From contig JAFCCL010000011.1 in assembly GCA_017610205.1 (NCBI GenBank), positions 1-37,592 of the forward strand: DNA of 37,592 bases. The letters are read 5' to 3'. This document shows, in pieces, positions 36,078 through 37,592 of this stretch. Made by a program: the position numbers and the translations under genes. Source of the stretch: Candidatus Iainarchaeum sp. (GTDB taxonomy: Archaea; Iainarchaeota; Iainarchaeia; Iainarchaeales; GCA-2688035). The first letter of the stretch is position 1; the number at the start of each line of letters is the position of its first letter. The notes under the pieces are model-generated. The model was not told the DNA's origin. It was given only the letters and a program-made list of their open reading frames with translations, and made no database searches.

Positions 36078-37258
36078 ACTACCTCCAGTTATCACACTAG
36101 GGCTTCCTGTTTCATTGACAATGCTTGCTTCGGGCTTATGCCGTCAGTAGTGGCTTCATCTCCAACAGGCTTATATTTGGGCAGGTCCTGCCCTATCTCT
36201 CCTATGGAAAGTATATTCCTTGCAGCATTTATATCTCTATCTATTTCCAGACCACAGTGTGAGCATTTGTGTGTTCTCACTGCTAGTGTTTTTCTGACAA
36301 TCTCTCCGCACCCGCTGCATTTTTGGCTTGTGTTTTTTGGGTTCACTTTCACCACTTTTCCGCCAGCACTTTCAGCCTTGAAGGAAAGTTTGTTTGTGAA
36401 ACCATTCCAAGAAACATCTGTTATTGCCTTTGCAAGATAGTGATTTTTTACCATACCTTTTACATTCAAATTCTCTAGGTATATTGTCCCGTATTTTTCA
36501 AGGAGTTTTCTGCATAGTTTCCAGCTAAAATCGTTTCTGGTGTTTGCTATTTGTTCATCTATTCTTGCTAGCTTGGTCCTCACCTTGTTTCTGTTATTGC
36601 CCCTCTTTTTTGTCTTGCTAAACAACTTTGCCAATTTTTTCCTCTGATTTGACAACTGCTTCATTGGTTTTGGATGGTCAAAGAACTCGCCTTTGCTTGT
36701 GGCAATAAAGTGATTTAAGCCCAAGTCTATGCCAACTTTGCCGTTACCAATTGTTATTCTTTCTTTAGGCACATTATCACAGGAAACTGTGACGAAGTAT
36801 TTTCCACTTTTTGCTTTTTTGATTGTTATTGTTTTTGGCGTTCCTTGTATTGCCCTATGGTATTTCACATTCAGCCCGCCGATTTTTGGAAAATAAGTTT
36901 TCTTGCCTATGTTACTTGGATTGGTTATTTGTGGAAGCGTAATGCTGTTATAAGTCCCGTATTTCTTGAATCTTGGAAAGCCCTTTTTTCTTTCGCGCCT
37001 CTTAATTCTTGCAAAAAAGTTTTTGTAAGCCTTGTCAATCCTATCAGCCACATTCTGGCTGACTTGCGAATGCATTTCCCTGTTTCCTTTTACCTGCCTA
37101 TACAGGTCTTTTCTTGACAGGCTAACACCCTTATTTTTATAAGCATCTTTTTTCAGGGCAAGCAGTTTGTTGTATAACAGCCTGCCTTTTTCTATTTGCA
37201 GGTCTATTTTATTCGCCTGTTTTTTTGTTGGATGAATCCTGTATTTATAGGCTTTCAT
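36074..37258 (-). mobile_element. IS200/IS605-family element, tnpB only (IS1341-like); right end ...GAAGCCC...GTAGTTCAC
   Basis: The minus strand after tnpB reads ATGAAACAGGAAGCCCTAGTGTGATAACTGGAGGTAGTTCAC, a typical right end terminating in TCAC. No tnpA is present and the left end was not identified. Confidence 0.75.
36092..37258 (-). CDS. tnpB: RNA-guided endonuclease TnpB
   Basis: MKAYKYRIHP, GFPRFK, RuvC motifs GIDLG / YLENL / DRDINAARNI, and Zn finger TSQKCSGC...CSHC. Likely start is the ATG at 37258. Confidence 0.96.
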   Translation of the reverse strand: MKAYKYRIHPTKKQANKIDLQIEKGRLLYNKLLALKKDAYKNKGVSLSRKDLYRQVKGNREMHSQVSQNVADRIDKAYKNFFARIKRRERKKGFPRFKKYGTYNSITLPQITNPSNIGKKTYFPKIGGLNVKYHRAIQGTPKTITIKKAKSGKYFVTVSCDNVPKERITIGNGKVGIDLGLNHFIATSKGEFFDHPKPMKQLSNQRKKLAKLFSKTKKRGNNRNKVRTKLARIDEQIANTRNDFSWKLCRKLLEKYGTIYLENLNVKGMVKNHYLAKAITDVSWNGFTNKLSFKAESAGGKVVKVNPKNTSQKCSGCGEIVRKTLAVRTHKCSHCGLEIDRDINAARNILSIGEIGQDLPKYKPVGDEATTDGISPKQALSMKQEALV

Positions 37259-37301
37259 TTTCCTAACGCTTCGCAGAAATTTGAGAACTATTACAATTTT
37301 A

Positions 37302-37478
37302 CTATTTTTTCCTTTTAAAGGCACTGAAAGAGAGTGAGTTTCCGGTAAAAATTACTCCACAGAGATTTCCACTGAAACCGAGTTTACTCTTATCTGTCCA
37401 ATAAAAGGAGTTGGTTTTCTCTCGCACACACTGAACATATCCCCTTTCACCTTGCTTTTCGGAAGAGAACTCCTCGAC
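37302..37478 (-). pseudogene. Possible 3' remnant of a gene interrupted by the terminal IS
   Basis: An open frame of 58 codons (VEEFSSEKQGERGYVQCVRE...AFKRKK*) runs from the IS boundary to a TAG; no recognised family. Confidence 0.3.
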
Positions 37479-37592
37479 GGCTTTGGGACAAAAGTCTTAG
37501 ATAGCGTTGAGTATGGGGATGAATATCTCTATGTTTTTTGTGTGGTGTAGATAGTTGAGTTGTTTTATGTTGTGGTTGATTCCTCGTAGGAA
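37479..37592 (-). mobile_element. Second copy of the IS5-like 3' end (TIR 37479-37496, transposase tail 37497-37592)
   Basis: Exact reverse complement of 1-114. Confidence 0.7.

Noticed and set aside
37330-37390. Hairpin AGAGTGAG...TTTACTCT as the left end of the tnpB element
   Set aside because: Pairing depends on G-T on the strand opposite to tnpB, and it lies in a possible gene remnant; too weak to call.
1-37592. Linear plasmid or virus with terminal inverted repeats
   Set aside because: The content is core chromosomal (primase, ribosomal protein, RpoL, S-layer), and the repeat reads as a cut transposase tail with an IS-type end facing inward.

Overview
A 37.6 kb AT-rich archaeal chromosomal segment. 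Gene content and protein style point to a DPANN archaeon, possibly Diapherotrites/Iainarchaeota (inference). Both ends carry the same 114-bp IS5-like transposase tail plus terminal repeat, in inverted orientation. Most of the window is housekeeping: RNase Z, Csl4, RpoL, DUF99, signal peptidase I, two PCNA paralogs, PriL, PriS, GINS, S27e, aIF2alpha, PAC2, EndoQ, a radical SAM enzyme, an S-layer protein, surface proteins and a stand-alone TnpB. The standout is a fractured LonB protease gene. The N-half (2189-3205) ends in a 131-aa N-intein and the C-half (7537-8967) begins with a 44-aa C-intein under its own TATA box, so full-length Lon (639 aa) would have to be made by protein trans-splicing through a naturally split Ser1/Ser+1 intein. 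The 4.3 kb between the halves holds a ~185-nt rod-like hairpin overlapping the N-half stop codon, a pseudogenised free-standing LAGLIDADG endonuclease, and a ~3 kb cargo bounded by a 10-bp direct repeat. The cargo comprises a frameshifted YkgJ-like gene, a PanD lacking its Gly-Ser pyruvoyl site, an AAA+/DUF4143 ATPase with palindromic operators, a WYL domain and a small Cys/His protein.
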